Shown here one piece after another: positions 1 through 8,109 of a stretch of DNA of 57,643 nucleotides. The stretch's first letter is position 1, and every line of letters starts with the position of its first letter. The stretch spans positions 1 to 57,643 of the forward strand of contig JAWOJF010000040.1 of NCBI GenBank assembly GCA_046481785.1, read 5' to 3'. The position numbers and the translations under genes are program-made. The notes beneath the pieces are model-generated. The model was not told the DNA's origin, searched no databases, and was given only the letters and a program-made list of their open reading frames with translations. This DNA is from Ignavibacteriaceae bacterium. GTDB lineage: Bacteria > Bacteroidota > Ignavibacteria > Ignavibacteriales > Ignavibacteriaceae.

Positions 1-2
1 TG

Positions 3-275
3 ACGAACAATCCCCGCAAGATCGTGGGCCTCGAGGGCTACGGCCTGCGGATCACCGGGCGTGAGCCGCTGGAGGTCGCGCCCACCGACCACAACCGCGA
101 CTACCTGGAAGCCAAGCGGAGCAAGCTGGGCCACATCCTCGACCGGGCCGTGGATCCGGCCATGGGCGACGGAACGGGCGCCGGTGGCGCTCCGCGTGTC
201 CCACGGACTGGCAACGGTGCGGGCGACGACGAACGGAAGGGCGCCCGCCTGGGCGCCGAAACGGAGGCGGGGTGA
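3..275 (+). CDS. ribA: GTP cyclohydrolase II (RibA / RibBA C-terminal part), 5'-partial at window edge
   Basis: Frame-3 translation [46 protein letters not shown] matches the conserved RibA C-terminus (TNNPKK..GL...G....R.PL.....N..YL.TK..K.GHLL). Stop TGA at 273-275. G+C is about 67-68%, unlike the rest of the window. Confidence 0.8.
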   Translation, partial: TNNPRKIVGLEGYGLRITGREPLEVAPTDHNRDYLEAKRSKLGHILDRAVDPAMGDGTGAGGAPRVPRTGNGAGDDERKGARLGAETEAG

Positions 276-276
276 A

Positions 277-654
277 ACAATTAGAAATGGTGTTGCTTAT
301 ATAGCCAAGGGCGGATTCCATCTTAATGTAAAAAAAAACGGCTCGGGATTTGCTGTAATAAATGTAACAGATCAGCCGGGTAATACCTTACATTGCCCTT
401 CAGTTGACGTTATGTTAAACTCCGTAATAAATTTTTACGGAAAGCATACTCTTGGTGTAATTATGACCGGTATGGGTAAAGACGGCCTTGAAGGAATATC
501 AAGGCTTAAGTCATTAGGCGGCTATTCTATAGTGCAGAATGAAGAAACCTGCGTGGTTTATGGAATGCCAAGAGCAGTTGTAGAGGCTGGTTTTGCAGAT
601 GCAATACTGCCTTTAGATGATATTGCTCCAACAATTAATAGGATTTTGTTATGA
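277..654 (+). CDS. cheB: CheB protein-glutamate methylesterase, C-terminal catalytic fragment only (5'-truncated at the compositional junction)
   Basis: Frame-1 translation IRNGVAYIAKGGFHL...LGVIMTGMGKDGLEG...IVQNEETCVVYGMPRAVVEAG carries CheB hallmarks (GMGxDG and vvYGMP). There is no start codon, REC domain or N-terminal catalytic part. Stop at 652-654. Confidence 0.8.
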   Translation, partial: TIRNGVAYIAKGGFHLNVKKNGSGFAVINVTDQPGNTLHCPSVDVMLNSVINFYGKHTLGVIMTGMGKDGLEGISRLKSLGGYSIVQNEETCVVYGMPRAVVEAGFADAILPLDDIAPTINRILL

Positions 655-896
655 ATGAAAATTTTGAAGAACCCTTATTTAGAGAAATTTCTTCGGGTAA
701 TTTAAAATCCGGAAATATTATTAAAGCCTCAGATGCTGAAGTTTTAGGTATTACCAAAATTACCATAGAAGAAGAGAATGAAGACGGCATAAAAGTAGTG
801 CTAAAAAAAGATGAAAATGATTCGGTTAAAGAAATTAAATTCATCTGTTCATGCGGCCATACCAAGTCAATTCTTTTAGATTATACTGAACAATAA
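651..896 (+). CDS. hypothetical small protein (81 aa), translationally coupled to cheB (ATGA overlap)
   Basis: Track ORF with ATG overlapping the cheB stop. Host-like composition. No family recognised (C-terminal FICSCGH motif). Confidence 0.45.
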   Translation: MNENFEEPLFREISSGNLKSGNIIKASDAEVLGITKITIEEENEDGIKVVLKKDENDSVKEIKFICSCGHTKSILLDYTEQ

Positions 897-971
897 GTAA
901 CAATTGGCTAAAAATAGCCATACCACCCTCAATTGTTTAACCTAAATCACACTTAATCACAATAATCCTGA

Positions 972-986
972 TGGCATTTATTTTGA
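972..986 (+). promoter_or_regulatory. candidate sigma54-type -24/-12 promoter upstream of flgB (TGGCAT-N5-TTGA)
   Basis: TGGCAT 972-977, N5, TTGA 983-986. GG-N10-G spacing is correct, but the -12 element is GA instead of GC. It lies about 35 nt upstream of the flgB GTG and leaves room for SD AAGGA at 1007-1011. Confidence 0.3.
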
Positions 987-1019
987 CCTTATCAAAATAA
1001 AAATTGAAGGATTACTGCT

Positions 1020-1397
1020 GTGTCTACAATAAAACTTTTAGAAAATCTTATTGACTACTGTGCAGTTAAAAACAATGTGGTAAGTAAAAATCTTGCAAAC
1101 ATTGGAACTGAGAACTATCAGAGGAAAGAAGTAGTTTTTAAGGATGTTCTAACATCACAGTTAAACCCGAATCTGAAAACCACTGAGGCAAGGCATATTA
1201 GCCCCGGCAATATACCGGTTGAACCGGATTTTAATGTTGTTGAAGACAGCAGCATTGATATGGTTTCCGGAATTAACAATGTGGATATTGAAAAAGAAAT
1301 GGCAGAACTTGCCGAAAATACTATTCATTTCAAATTTGCCGCAAATAAAATAGGCAGCTATTATAAAACTTTGCAGAAAGTAATTAGAGGAGAATAA
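1020..1397 (+). CDS. flgB: flagellar basal-body rod protein FlgB
   Basis: N-terminal rod motif VVSKNLANIGTENYQRKEV. GTG start. First gene of the flgBC-fliE block. Confidence 0.9.
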   Translation: MSTIKLLENLIDYCAVKNNVVSKNLANIGTENYQRKEVVFKDVLTSQLNPNLKTTEARHISPGNIPVEPDFNVVEDSSIDMVSGINNVDIEKEMAELAENTIHFKFAANKIGSYYKTLQKVIRGE

Positions 1398-1399
1398 GT

Positions 1400-1897
1400 A
1401 TGAAAATAGGTGGTAATCTTACAGGCTTTAACATCAGCGCCGAAGGCCTGAGTGTACAAAGAAAAAAAATGAACCTGATTGCAGAAAATATAGCAAATGT
1501 AGATTCAGTTAGAGATGAAAACGGCCGGCCTTACCAGAGAAAATTTTTAAAGGTTGTACAAAACGAAAAAGCTTTTTTTAACAACAGTAATGAAAATGGT
1601 ATTAGGATAAAACTTGCTGCAACCAAGGGAGACCATTTTGTTACATCTTCTGAGCCGGTTAAGATTCAGAATCCTTCAACCGGAATAGCGGCAGATGAAC
1701 TTATTGACGGAAGACGCGGAGAAATGGTTTATATGCCCGAAAATCCCGATGCAGATCCGGAAGGTTATGTTCAAATGCCAAATGTAAATATTATTACAGA
1801 AATGACAGATATGATAGCTGCTACAAGGAGCTATGAAGCAAATCTAACGGCACTTAATGCTGCTAAACAAATTGCAAAAGATTCACTGGAGATTTAA
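1400..1897 (+). CDS. flgC: flagellar basal-body rod protein FlgC
   Basis: LSVQRKKMNLIAENIANVDS... and C-terminal NIITEMTDMIAATRSYEANLTALNAAKQ are typical FlgC termini. Confidence 0.93.
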   Translation: MKIGGNLTGFNISAEGLSVQRKKMNLIAENIANVDSVRDENGRPYQRKFLKVVQNEKAFFNNSNENGIRIKLAATKGDHFVTSSEPVKIQNPSTGIAADELIDGRRGEMVYMPENPDADPEGYVQMPNVNIITEMTDMIAATRSYEANLTALNAAKQIAKDSLEI

Positions 1898-2166
1898 TGA
1901 AAATATCTACTAACAGCATTGGTAATTATACACCAAATATAAAACCAAAAACTGTACACAATGAAAAATTTAATATAGAAACTAATCAAAACTTACAGGT
2001 AAAAAATCCTTCAGTTGCCGAAAGCAGCATTACTCAGGAAGAAAAAGATTTTTTTATGGGTTTATACCCTCAAAACACCGGTGAAATTGATAGTTATCAT
2101 TTTTACCATAAATCAGGTAAAATGGCAGGTATTATTTTGGGTTCGCAAATTGACAGGAGAGGATAA
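1897..2166 (+). CDS. hypothetical 89-aa protein inserted between flgC and fliE
   Basis: Track ORF. Its start overlaps the flgC stop (TAATG), indicating tight coupling within the operon. No family recognised. Confidence 0.5.
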   Translation: MKISTNSIGNYTPNIKPKTVHNEKFNIETNQNLQVKNPSVAESSITQEEKDFFMGLYPQNTGEIDSYHFYHKSGKMAGIILGSQIDRRG

Positions 2167-2169
2167 AAA

Positions 2170-2457
2170 ATGAATGTTAATTCAATTACAAATGCGCTTC
2201 CGGGGTTAATAAAATCAGAAACCGAAAAACCATTAAAGTCCGGTTTTGAAGATATTTTTTCTAACCTTATTCAGAATGTTAACCAGGCACAAATGGACTC
2301 AAGCAAAATTACCCAGGATTTTGTAACAGGTAAAGATGTTGAACTTCATGATGTTATGATAGCCGGTGAGAAGGCAAAAACCAGTCTTGATTTGTTAATG
2401 GAAATTAGAAACAAAACAATAGATATGTACAAAGAATTAACAAGAATGCAAGCATAA
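2170..2457 (+). CDS. fliE: flagellar hook-basal body complex protein FliE
   Basis: FEDIFSNLIQNVNQAQMDS...GKDVELHDVMIAGEKAKTSLDLLMEIRNK is the typical FliE pattern. About 95 aa. Confidence 0.9.
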   Translation: MNVNSITNALPGLIKSETEKPLKSGFEDIFSNLIQNVNQAQMDSSKITQDFVTGKDVELHDVMIAGEKAKTSLDLLMEIRNKTIDMYKELTRMQA

Positions 2458-2460
2458 TAA

Positions 2461-4044
2461 ATGAACAGCAATCCATTAGAAGCAGTATTCGGTATTTTTA
2501 ATAAGCTGTCCCTCCAGCATAAAATATTAATTGGCGGAGCAATTCTTTTAACTGTAGTAATGCTTGGCATGCTTATCTTCTTCCTTAATGAACCGAGCTA
2601 CTCGGTATTGTATACAAACCTGGCTGAAGATGATGCATCCAAAGTTGTTGAAGAATTAAATGCACAAAAAATATTATTTAAAATTGAGGATAACGGTAAG
2701 ACCGTAAAGGTTCCTAAAGACAAACTTTATGAAATTAGATTAAATCTTGCGGGAAAAGGAATACCGGGCTCAGGTGTTTTAGGATATGAGATTTTTGACC
2801 AAAACACCATGGGCATGTCCGAATTTATGCAGAAACTTAATTTTAAGAGGGCCCTTGAAGGGGAACTGGCCCGGACAATAATGCAGCAGGAGGGGATAGA
2901 AGGAGTTAGAGTTCATATAGTAACTCCTCAGAAATCAGTTTTTAAAAGTGAAGAAAAGGAACCCACAGCGTCAGTTGTACTTAATTTGAAGGGGAACTAT
3001 TCTCTTTCAAAGGGAAGCATAACTGCAATACTTAACCTGGTTTCAAGCAGTGTTGAAGGCCTGCAGCCGGGGAAGGTAACACTTCTGGACTCAAAGGGCA
3101 GGCTTCTTTCAAACGACTTTGAAGATAACCCTCTGGCTTTTTCAAGTACAAAACAGTATGAAATAAAACAATCTGTTGAAAATTACCTTGCAGCAAAAGC
3201 ACAGAGTATACTTGATAATGTTGTTGGCTATGGCAATTCAATTATTCAGGTTAATGCCGATTTGAATTTTGATCAGGTTGAAAAAACAATGGAAATGTAT
3301 GATCCTGAATCGCAGGTTGCAATAAGTGAACAAACAATTAAAAGTGAAAATAGCGGGAAAAATTTAAGTGATTCATCCGGGGCTGTAAGTGAAAATTCAA
3401 CAACTAATTATGAAATAAGTAAAACGGTTGAAAGAGTTATCCAGGGATCAGGCAATGTATTACGTTTAAGTGTAGCAGCAGTTATTAACGATGTTGCTAA
3501 AGAGGTGAAAAATGGGGAAAATGTAGGTATAGTTTATGAACCCCGTACCCCGGAACAGCTTAAGAAGCTTGAAGAAATTATAAAAAATGCCGTTGGTATA
3601 GATCCTAACCGGCTGGATCAGTTTTCACTTGTAAATATATCTTTTGAAGCTAATAATATTGAGGGTGAACAAATTGAAGAACCTTCATTTTTTGACAATA
3701 TAGAAAGATTTACAAATATAATTCTGATTGTAATTGCTGCTATTGCCGGACTTTTAATACTAAAAGGCTTAATGACCAAACTGAAGAATGAGAAAATTAT
3801 AATAGGTACACTTAACCAGGATGTTTCATACCAGCCGTCACGTGTTAGCAGCGGCGGAGGGAATACGCAGATACAAGTTAAACAAAGGAAACCGTTGCTG
3901 CCTTTAGGTGATATTGAAGATGAAATTTCCGATGAGGCTATTGATAAGAAAAACAGGGAAGCAAAAATTATAAACTATGTTTCAAAAAATCCCGTTGAAG
4001 CTTCAAAACTAATAAACGCATGGATGCATGAAGATGAACTATAA
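2461..4044 (+). CDS. fliF: flagellar MS-ring protein FliF
   Basis: 527 aa. N-terminal TM segment, YscJ/FliF-like region (LYTNLAEDDASKVVEELNAQKI..., RALEGELARTI), and a C-terminal TM segment. Confidence 0.93.
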   Translation: MNSNPLEAVFGIFNKLSLQHKILIGGAILLTVVMLGMLIFFLNEPSYSVLYTNLAEDDASKVVEELNAQKILFKIEDNGKTVKVPKDKLYEIRLNLAGKGIPGSGVLGYEIFDQNTMGMSEFMQKLNFKRALEGELARTIMQQEGIEGVRVHIVTPQKSVFKSEEKEPTASVVLNLKGNYSLSKGSITAILNLVSSSVEGLQPGKVTLLDSKGRLLSNDFEDNPLAFSSTKQYEIKQSVENYLAAKAQSILDNVVGYGNSIIQVNADLNFDQVEKTMEMYDPESQVAISEQTIKSENSGKNLSDSSGAVSENSTTNYEISKTVERVIQGSGNVLRLSVAAVINDVAKEVKNGENVGIVYEPRTPEQLKKLEEIIKNAVGIDPNRLDQFSLVNISFEANNIEGEQIEEPSFFDNIERFTNIILIVIAAIAGLLILKGLMTKLKNEKIIIGTLNQDVSYQPSRVSSGGGNTQIQVKQRKPLLPLGDIEDEISDEAIDKKNREAKIINYVSKNPVEASKLINAWMHEDEL

Positions 4045-5071
4045 TTCAAAAGATATTAAAGTATCCATGGAAGATTTAACAGGAGCCCAAAAAGCAGCTC
4101 TCTTAATGATTGCTCTTGATGTGGATACTGCATCGGAAGTGTTCAAAAATCTTGATGCGGCTGAAGTAGAAACGATTTCAGCAGAAATTTCAAAAGTAAG
4201 AAATATTCCAGCTACTACCGTTAATTCAGTAATGGAAGATTTCTACAACATGATTACTGCCCGTGAATATGTGCTTGAGGGTGGTATTGACTATGCGCAG
4301 GCTGTTCTTGAAAAATCATTTGGCCTGAATAAAGCTGTTGAAATTATTGAAAAAGTAAAAGACCTGACCACACTGAGGGGTTTTGATGTATTAAAAAAGG
4401 CCGACTCTACCCAGTTGATTAATTTCCTGAATAAAGAACATCCGCAAACTATTGCTTTAATATTATCAAACCTTGACCCCGGACAAACCGCCAGCGCTTT
4501 AAAAGAACTTCCTGAGAATGTAAGAACTGATGTAGTATTCAGGATAGCGACACTTGGCAAGGTATCACCGCAGACATTAAAGCAGGTTGAAAAAGTTGTT
4601 GATGAAATGGCAGGGTTTACCATGAGCCAGGCTCTGAGCAAAATAGGGGGCACAAAAAGCCTTGCCACAATTTTAAACAGAACACCACTTTCTGTTAGTA
4701 AAGATATACTTGATAAGCTAAGCCAAAAAGACCCTGAAGTTGCTACCGAAGTTAAAAGACTGATGTTCCTGTTCGAAGATATTGTTCAGTTCCAGGATAA
4801 GGATATGCAGAAGATACTAAGAGGTATAGACAGGAAAGACCTTGCACTTGCATTAAAGATTGCGGATGATAAACTGAAGAACAAGATATTCAGCAATATG
4901 TCTGAAAGAGCTGCTGATTTGTTAAAAGAAGAACTTCAGTATATGGGTATGGTTAAATTAAAAGAAGTAGAAGCCGCTCAGGCAAGAATAATAGACTCAA
5001 TAAAAGTTCTCGAGGAATCAGGCGAAATATCCCTGAATATTCGTGGAACCAAAGATGAAGTTTATGTCTGA
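4028..5071 (+). CDS. fliG: flagellar motor switch protein FliG
   Basis: LTGAQKAALLMIAL..., EHPQTIALILS, MFLFEDI and the C-terminal torque helix region. The start may be one of several ATGs between 4028 and 4067. Confidence 0.93.
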   Translation: MKMNYNSKDIKVSMEDLTGAQKAALLMIALDVDTASEVFKNLDAAEVETISAEISKVRNIPATTVNSVMEDFYNMITAREYVLEGGIDYAQAVLEKSFGLNKAVEIIEKVKDLTTLRGFDVLKKADSTQLINFLNKEHPQTIALILSNLDPGQTASALKELPENVRTDVVFRIATLGKVSPQTLKQVEKVVDEMAGFTMSQALSKIGGTKSLATILNRTPLSVSKDILDKLSQKDPEVATEVKRLMFLFEDIVQFQDKDMQKILRGIDRKDLALALKIADDKLKNKIFSNMSERAADLLKEELQYMGMVKLKEVEAAQARIIDSIKVLEESGEISLNIRGTKDEVYV

Positions 5072-5693
5072 GAGAATCAAATTAAATATGAAACAGTCGA
5101 ATTTTTTTGTTAAGATAAAAAATCCGGCTGCTGATACTGAAGCCCCGGAGTCTAATGAAGATTTCGTACAGAAGCAGCTTCAAACCCAGTTTCAGCTTGG
5201 GTATAATAAAGGATATGAAGCAGCAACCGATGAACTTGAAAAAACATATTCCGAAAAACTGCTGAGCCGTTTAAAGGATATTCATAATGTTGCTGCAGCG
5301 CTTGAACACAAAATCCTGGAGCATGAAGAATATTATGAATCAGTAATAATTCAGTTATCTCTTATGGTTGCCGAAAAAATTATTAAAAGAGAGATTACTG
5401 ATAAGACCATTATTGATGAAGTAATGAAAGAATCCCTCAAAAAAATAATAGGGGCTAATAATGTAATTGTAAAGATAAATCCTTCGGATTTATCGGAGAT
5501 GTCATCTGAAGCCGGCCAATTAATGAATGACAGCGCCTTTACCAAAATAAAATTTGAACCTGATGACCGGATTGAACAGGGGGGATGTTTTATAGAGTCT
5601 GAGATAGGTAATGTGGATGCCCGCATATCTTCGCAGATAAATGAACTGAAAAAGAATTTAGATGCAGTCTCTTTTCATGGTACTAAAGAATGA
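5043..5693 (+). CDS. fliH: flagellar assembly protein FliH (export ATPase regulator)
   Basis: Position between fliG and fliI. C-terminal ...RIEQGGCFIESEIGNVDARISSQINELKK is FliH-like. The start is uncertain (GTG 5043, ATG 5055 or ATG 5064). Confidence 0.75.
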   Translation: MEPKMKFMSERIKLNMKQSNFFVKIKNPAADTEAPESNEDFVQKQLQTQFQLGYNKGYEAATDELEKTYSEKLLSRLKDIHNVAAALEHKILEHEEYYESVIIQLSLMVAEKIIKREITDKTIIDEVMKESLKKIIGANNVIVKINPSDLSEMSSEAGQLMNDSAFTKIKFEPDDRIEQGGCFIESEIGNVDARISSQINELKKNLDAVSFHGTKE

Positions 5694-7021
5694 ATATACA
5701 GCAACACTACATAAAGAAATTTAAACCGGTTATTTCCAGGTCGGAATTATATAAGGTAAATGGAAAAGTATCGGATGTAATTGGGTTAATTATTGTTTCA
5801 GTTGGGCCTAATGTATCGCTTGGGGAAATCTGTATTATTGTTGATAAAAGCGGTAATGAAGTCTGTAGAGCAGAAGTAGTTGGGTTTAAGGAAGGACGTG
5901 TTCTTTCAATTGCGCTTGGTGAGGTACATTCAATATCGCCTAATTGTGAAATTATTTCTACAGGAAAAAGTTTTAAAATGGCAGTAGGAAATGCACTATT
6001 GGGAAGAGTAATAGATGGGCTGGGTAATCCAATTGATGGCAAAGGCGATCTAAACTGCAGCCAGTTCAGGAATATCTATAAGGATCCGCCTAATCCTCTT
6101 ACAAGGCGAAGAATAGATACACCACTTCAGACAGGCGTCAGATCAATAGACGGCCTGCTTACAGTTGGAAAAGGGCAGCGAATAGGAATTTTTGCCGGAA
6201 GCGGTGTAGGGAAAAGTGTAACGCTGGGAATGATAGCAAGAAATACAAATGCAGATGTTAATGTAATAACATTAATTGGTGAAAGAGGCAGAGAAGTAAG
6301 AGAGTTTATTGAAAAAGATTTGGGTGAAGAAGGATTAAAACGTTCTGTTGTTGTAGTGGCAACAAGCGATAAACCATCACTTATCAGGATGAAGGGTGCT
6401 TATATAGGTACTACAATTGCGGAATATTTCAGAGAGCTGGGAATGGACGTTGTACTTATGATGGATTCGGTTACCAGGTTTGCAATGGCGCAAAGGGAAA
6501 TAGGCCTTACTATAGGTGAACCCCCGACAACCAAAGGATATACTCCTTCTGTGTTTGCTATACTTCCTAAACTTCTCGAACGGGCAGGCACAACTGATAC
6601 AGGCTCAATAACGGGTTTTTATACTGTTCTTGTAGATGGCGATGATATGAATGAACCCATTGCCGATGCAGCAAGATCTATTCTTGACGGTCATATAGTT
6701 TTATCCAGAAAGCTTGCAAATAAGGGTCAGTACCCGGCAGTTGATCCTCTCCAGAGCGTGAGCCGCGTGATGCCGGATATAACATCTTCGGAGCATAAAG
6801 CCCGTGCTTCTTCGTTTGTTGAAATACTTGCAACGTATAAAGAGGCCGAAGACCTTATAAATATTGGCGCATACGTTAAAGGCAGTAATCCGCTTATAGA
6901 TCATGCACTAAGTAAAATAAACTCCCTGCGTACTTTTCTTAAGCAGGATATGTATGACAAAGCAATTTTTCCTGAGACAATCTCTCATCTGTTCAGTTTA
7001 ATTGAACAACCGATTGACTAA
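5690..7021 (+). CDS. fliI: flagellum-specific ATPase FliI
   Basis: Walker A GSGVGKS and Walker B VLMMDSVTRFA. Full-length F1/T3SS ATPase pattern. Confidence 0.96.
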   Translation: MNIQQHYIKKFKPVISRSELYKVNGKVSDVIGLIIVSVGPNVSLGEICIIVDKSGNEVCRAEVVGFKEGRVLSIALGEVHSISPNCEIISTGKSFKMAVGNALLGRVIDGLGNPIDGKGDLNCSQFRNIYKDPPNPLTRRRIDTPLQTGVRSIDGLLTVGKGQRIGIFAGSGVGKSVTLGMIARNTNADVNVITLIGERGREVREFIEKDLGEEGLKRSVVVVATSDKPSLIRMKGAYIGTTIAEYFRELGMDVVLMMDSVTRFAMAQREIGLTIGEPPTTKGYTPSVFAILPKLLERAGTTDTGSITGFYTVLVDGDDMNEPIADAARSILDGHIVLSRKLANKGQYPAVDPLQSVSRVMPDITSSEHKARASSFVEILATYKEAEDLINIGAYVKGSNPLIDHALSKINSLRTFLKQDMYDKAIFPETISHLFSLIEQPID

Positions 7022-7027
7022 AAAATT

Positions 7028-7459
7028 ATGAAATTCGTTTACAAGTTTGACGCAATAAAAAAAATAAAAGAAATTTTTGAAAAAAGAGTTCAAAAAGAAG
7101 TAGCTGCAATTCAGCTCGAAATAGAGAAGAAGGAAGAAGAGTATAATGCTATTCTTCTGCAGAGAGTTTTGGAAAGCAAGAGAGATATGAAGCATATTTC
7201 ATCTTCTGAATTAAAGTTTCATAAAAATTATCTTGGCGTGCTCAGTAGTGAGCTTGGAAAGATCAGGAAAGAAATAGACCTGCTTGGAAAGAAAAAAGAT
7301 GAGAAACTTCTGGAGCTTATACAAAAAAGTAAAGAACATAAAATATTTAATACCCTGGAAGAAATACATTTTGAGAATTTTACACAGGAACAAAATAAAC
7401 TGGAGATGATAAGTATTGATGAAATTGCAACACAAAAATTTGCCAGGAACAAAAATTGA
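7028..7459 (+). CDS. fliJ: flagellar export chaperone-like protein FliJ
   Basis: 143-aa Lys/Glu-rich coiled-coil protein directly after fliI. The call is based on position and composition. Confidence 0.65.
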   Translation: MKFVYKFDAIKKIKEIFEKRVQKEVAAIQLEIEKKEEEYNAILLQRVLESKRDMKHISSSELKFHKNYLGVLSSELGKIRKEIDLLGKKKDEKLLELIQKSKEHKIFNTLEEIHFENFTQEQNKLEMISIDEIATQKFARNKN

Positions 7460-8109
7460 AAGATAAACTGATTTATATTGTGGCTTTTACAATGGCTTTC
7501 CTGCTTGTTACAGGCGGGTTTCTCTATCTTAACACAATATATAAAAATATTTTTGCATTCGATTTTACTCCCGTGAATGCTCAGACTGAAGAGCCTGTTG
7601 AGGACACGGATGAATCAGAACAGAAAGAGGAAACAAAACAGGAAGTAAATGAGCCTGAGATGCAGGAAGAACCGGAAGGAATACCTGTTTATATAAACAC
7701 TGATTCAATAAAAATTGCCATGCGGAAAAACAGTGCAGATTCATCCGCATTAAAAGACTCTGTTGTTGTAAAAAAAGATAAGAGTGTTGTGCTGGAGGAT
7801 TCAATTAAAAATTTGAAGCAGCAGATAAAAGAAATTGCTTCAAAAAAAGATCAAATACTGGAAGCCAAGATAGATTCGCTTAAACTGGCAAGTAAAATAT
7901 CTGTTGCAGACAGCTCATACAAAGCATGGATAAAGAAAACAGTTTCGCTCTATGAAGCAATGGATTCCAGGAAGGCTGCTAAAATAATTCTTACTTACTC
8001 CGATAATATTGCAAAGGACATCCTCTATTCAATGAAGAAAAAGAAAGCCGCTGAAATATTGGCGCAATACAGTCCCGAAACAGTAAATAGGATAACAAGT
8101 ATAAAATGA
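7456..8109 (+). CDS. YlxF/MotE/FlbB-like flagellar protein with MgtE_N-type C-terminal domain
   Basis: N-terminal TM segment. C-terminal YEAMDSRKAAKIIL..IAKDILYSMKKKKAAEILAQYSPE resembles the MgtE-N/MotE repeat. It sits between fliJ and fliK, the same position as B. subtilis ylxF. Confidence 0.6.
   Translation: MKDKLIYIVAFTMAFLLVTGGFLYLNTIYKNIFAFDFTPVNAQTEEPVEDTDESEQKEETKQEVNEPEMQEEPEGIPVYINTDSIKIAMRKNSADSSALKDSVVVKKDKSVVLEDSIKNLKQQIKEIASKKDQILEAKIDSLKLASKISVADSSYKAWIKKTVSLYEAMDSRKAAKIILTYSDNIAKDILYSMKKKKAAEILAQYSPETVNRITSIK
7980..8006 (+). promoter_or_regulatory. candidate sigma28 (FliA)-type promoter, TAAA-N15-TCCGATAA, internal to the ylxF-like gene and ~100 nt upstream of fliK
   Basis: TAAA 7980-7983, exactly 15 nt, then TCCGATAA 7999-8006. 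The consensus is TAAA-N15-GCCGATAA. Confidence 0.4.

Noticed and set aside
52-321. 89-aa minus-strand ORF in the high-GC segment
   Set aside because: It is antisense to the well-supported ribA frame. High-GC DNA produces long spurious ORFs, and the Arg/Pro/Gly-rich composition matches no recognisable family.
61-654. 197-aa track ORF that looks like a single protein spanning the high-GC and low-GC parts
   Set aside because: Its first ~70 codons are an out-of-frame read of the ribA 3' end (Arg/Pro/Ala/Trp-rich nonsense typical of high-GC off-frames). Only the part from about nt 277 onward has CheB similarity. The ORF is an artefact of the junction.
4291-4668. 125-aa minus-strand ORF, together with similar antisense ORFs at 5707-6042, 9248-9562, 10001-10318, 12270-12602, 13122-13460, 27357-27683, 31155-31481 and 38699-39064
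   Set aside because: All lie entirely antisense to strongly supported flagellar genes. They have Ser/Ile/Phe/Leu-rich shadow-frame composition, no RBS and no recognisable motifs.
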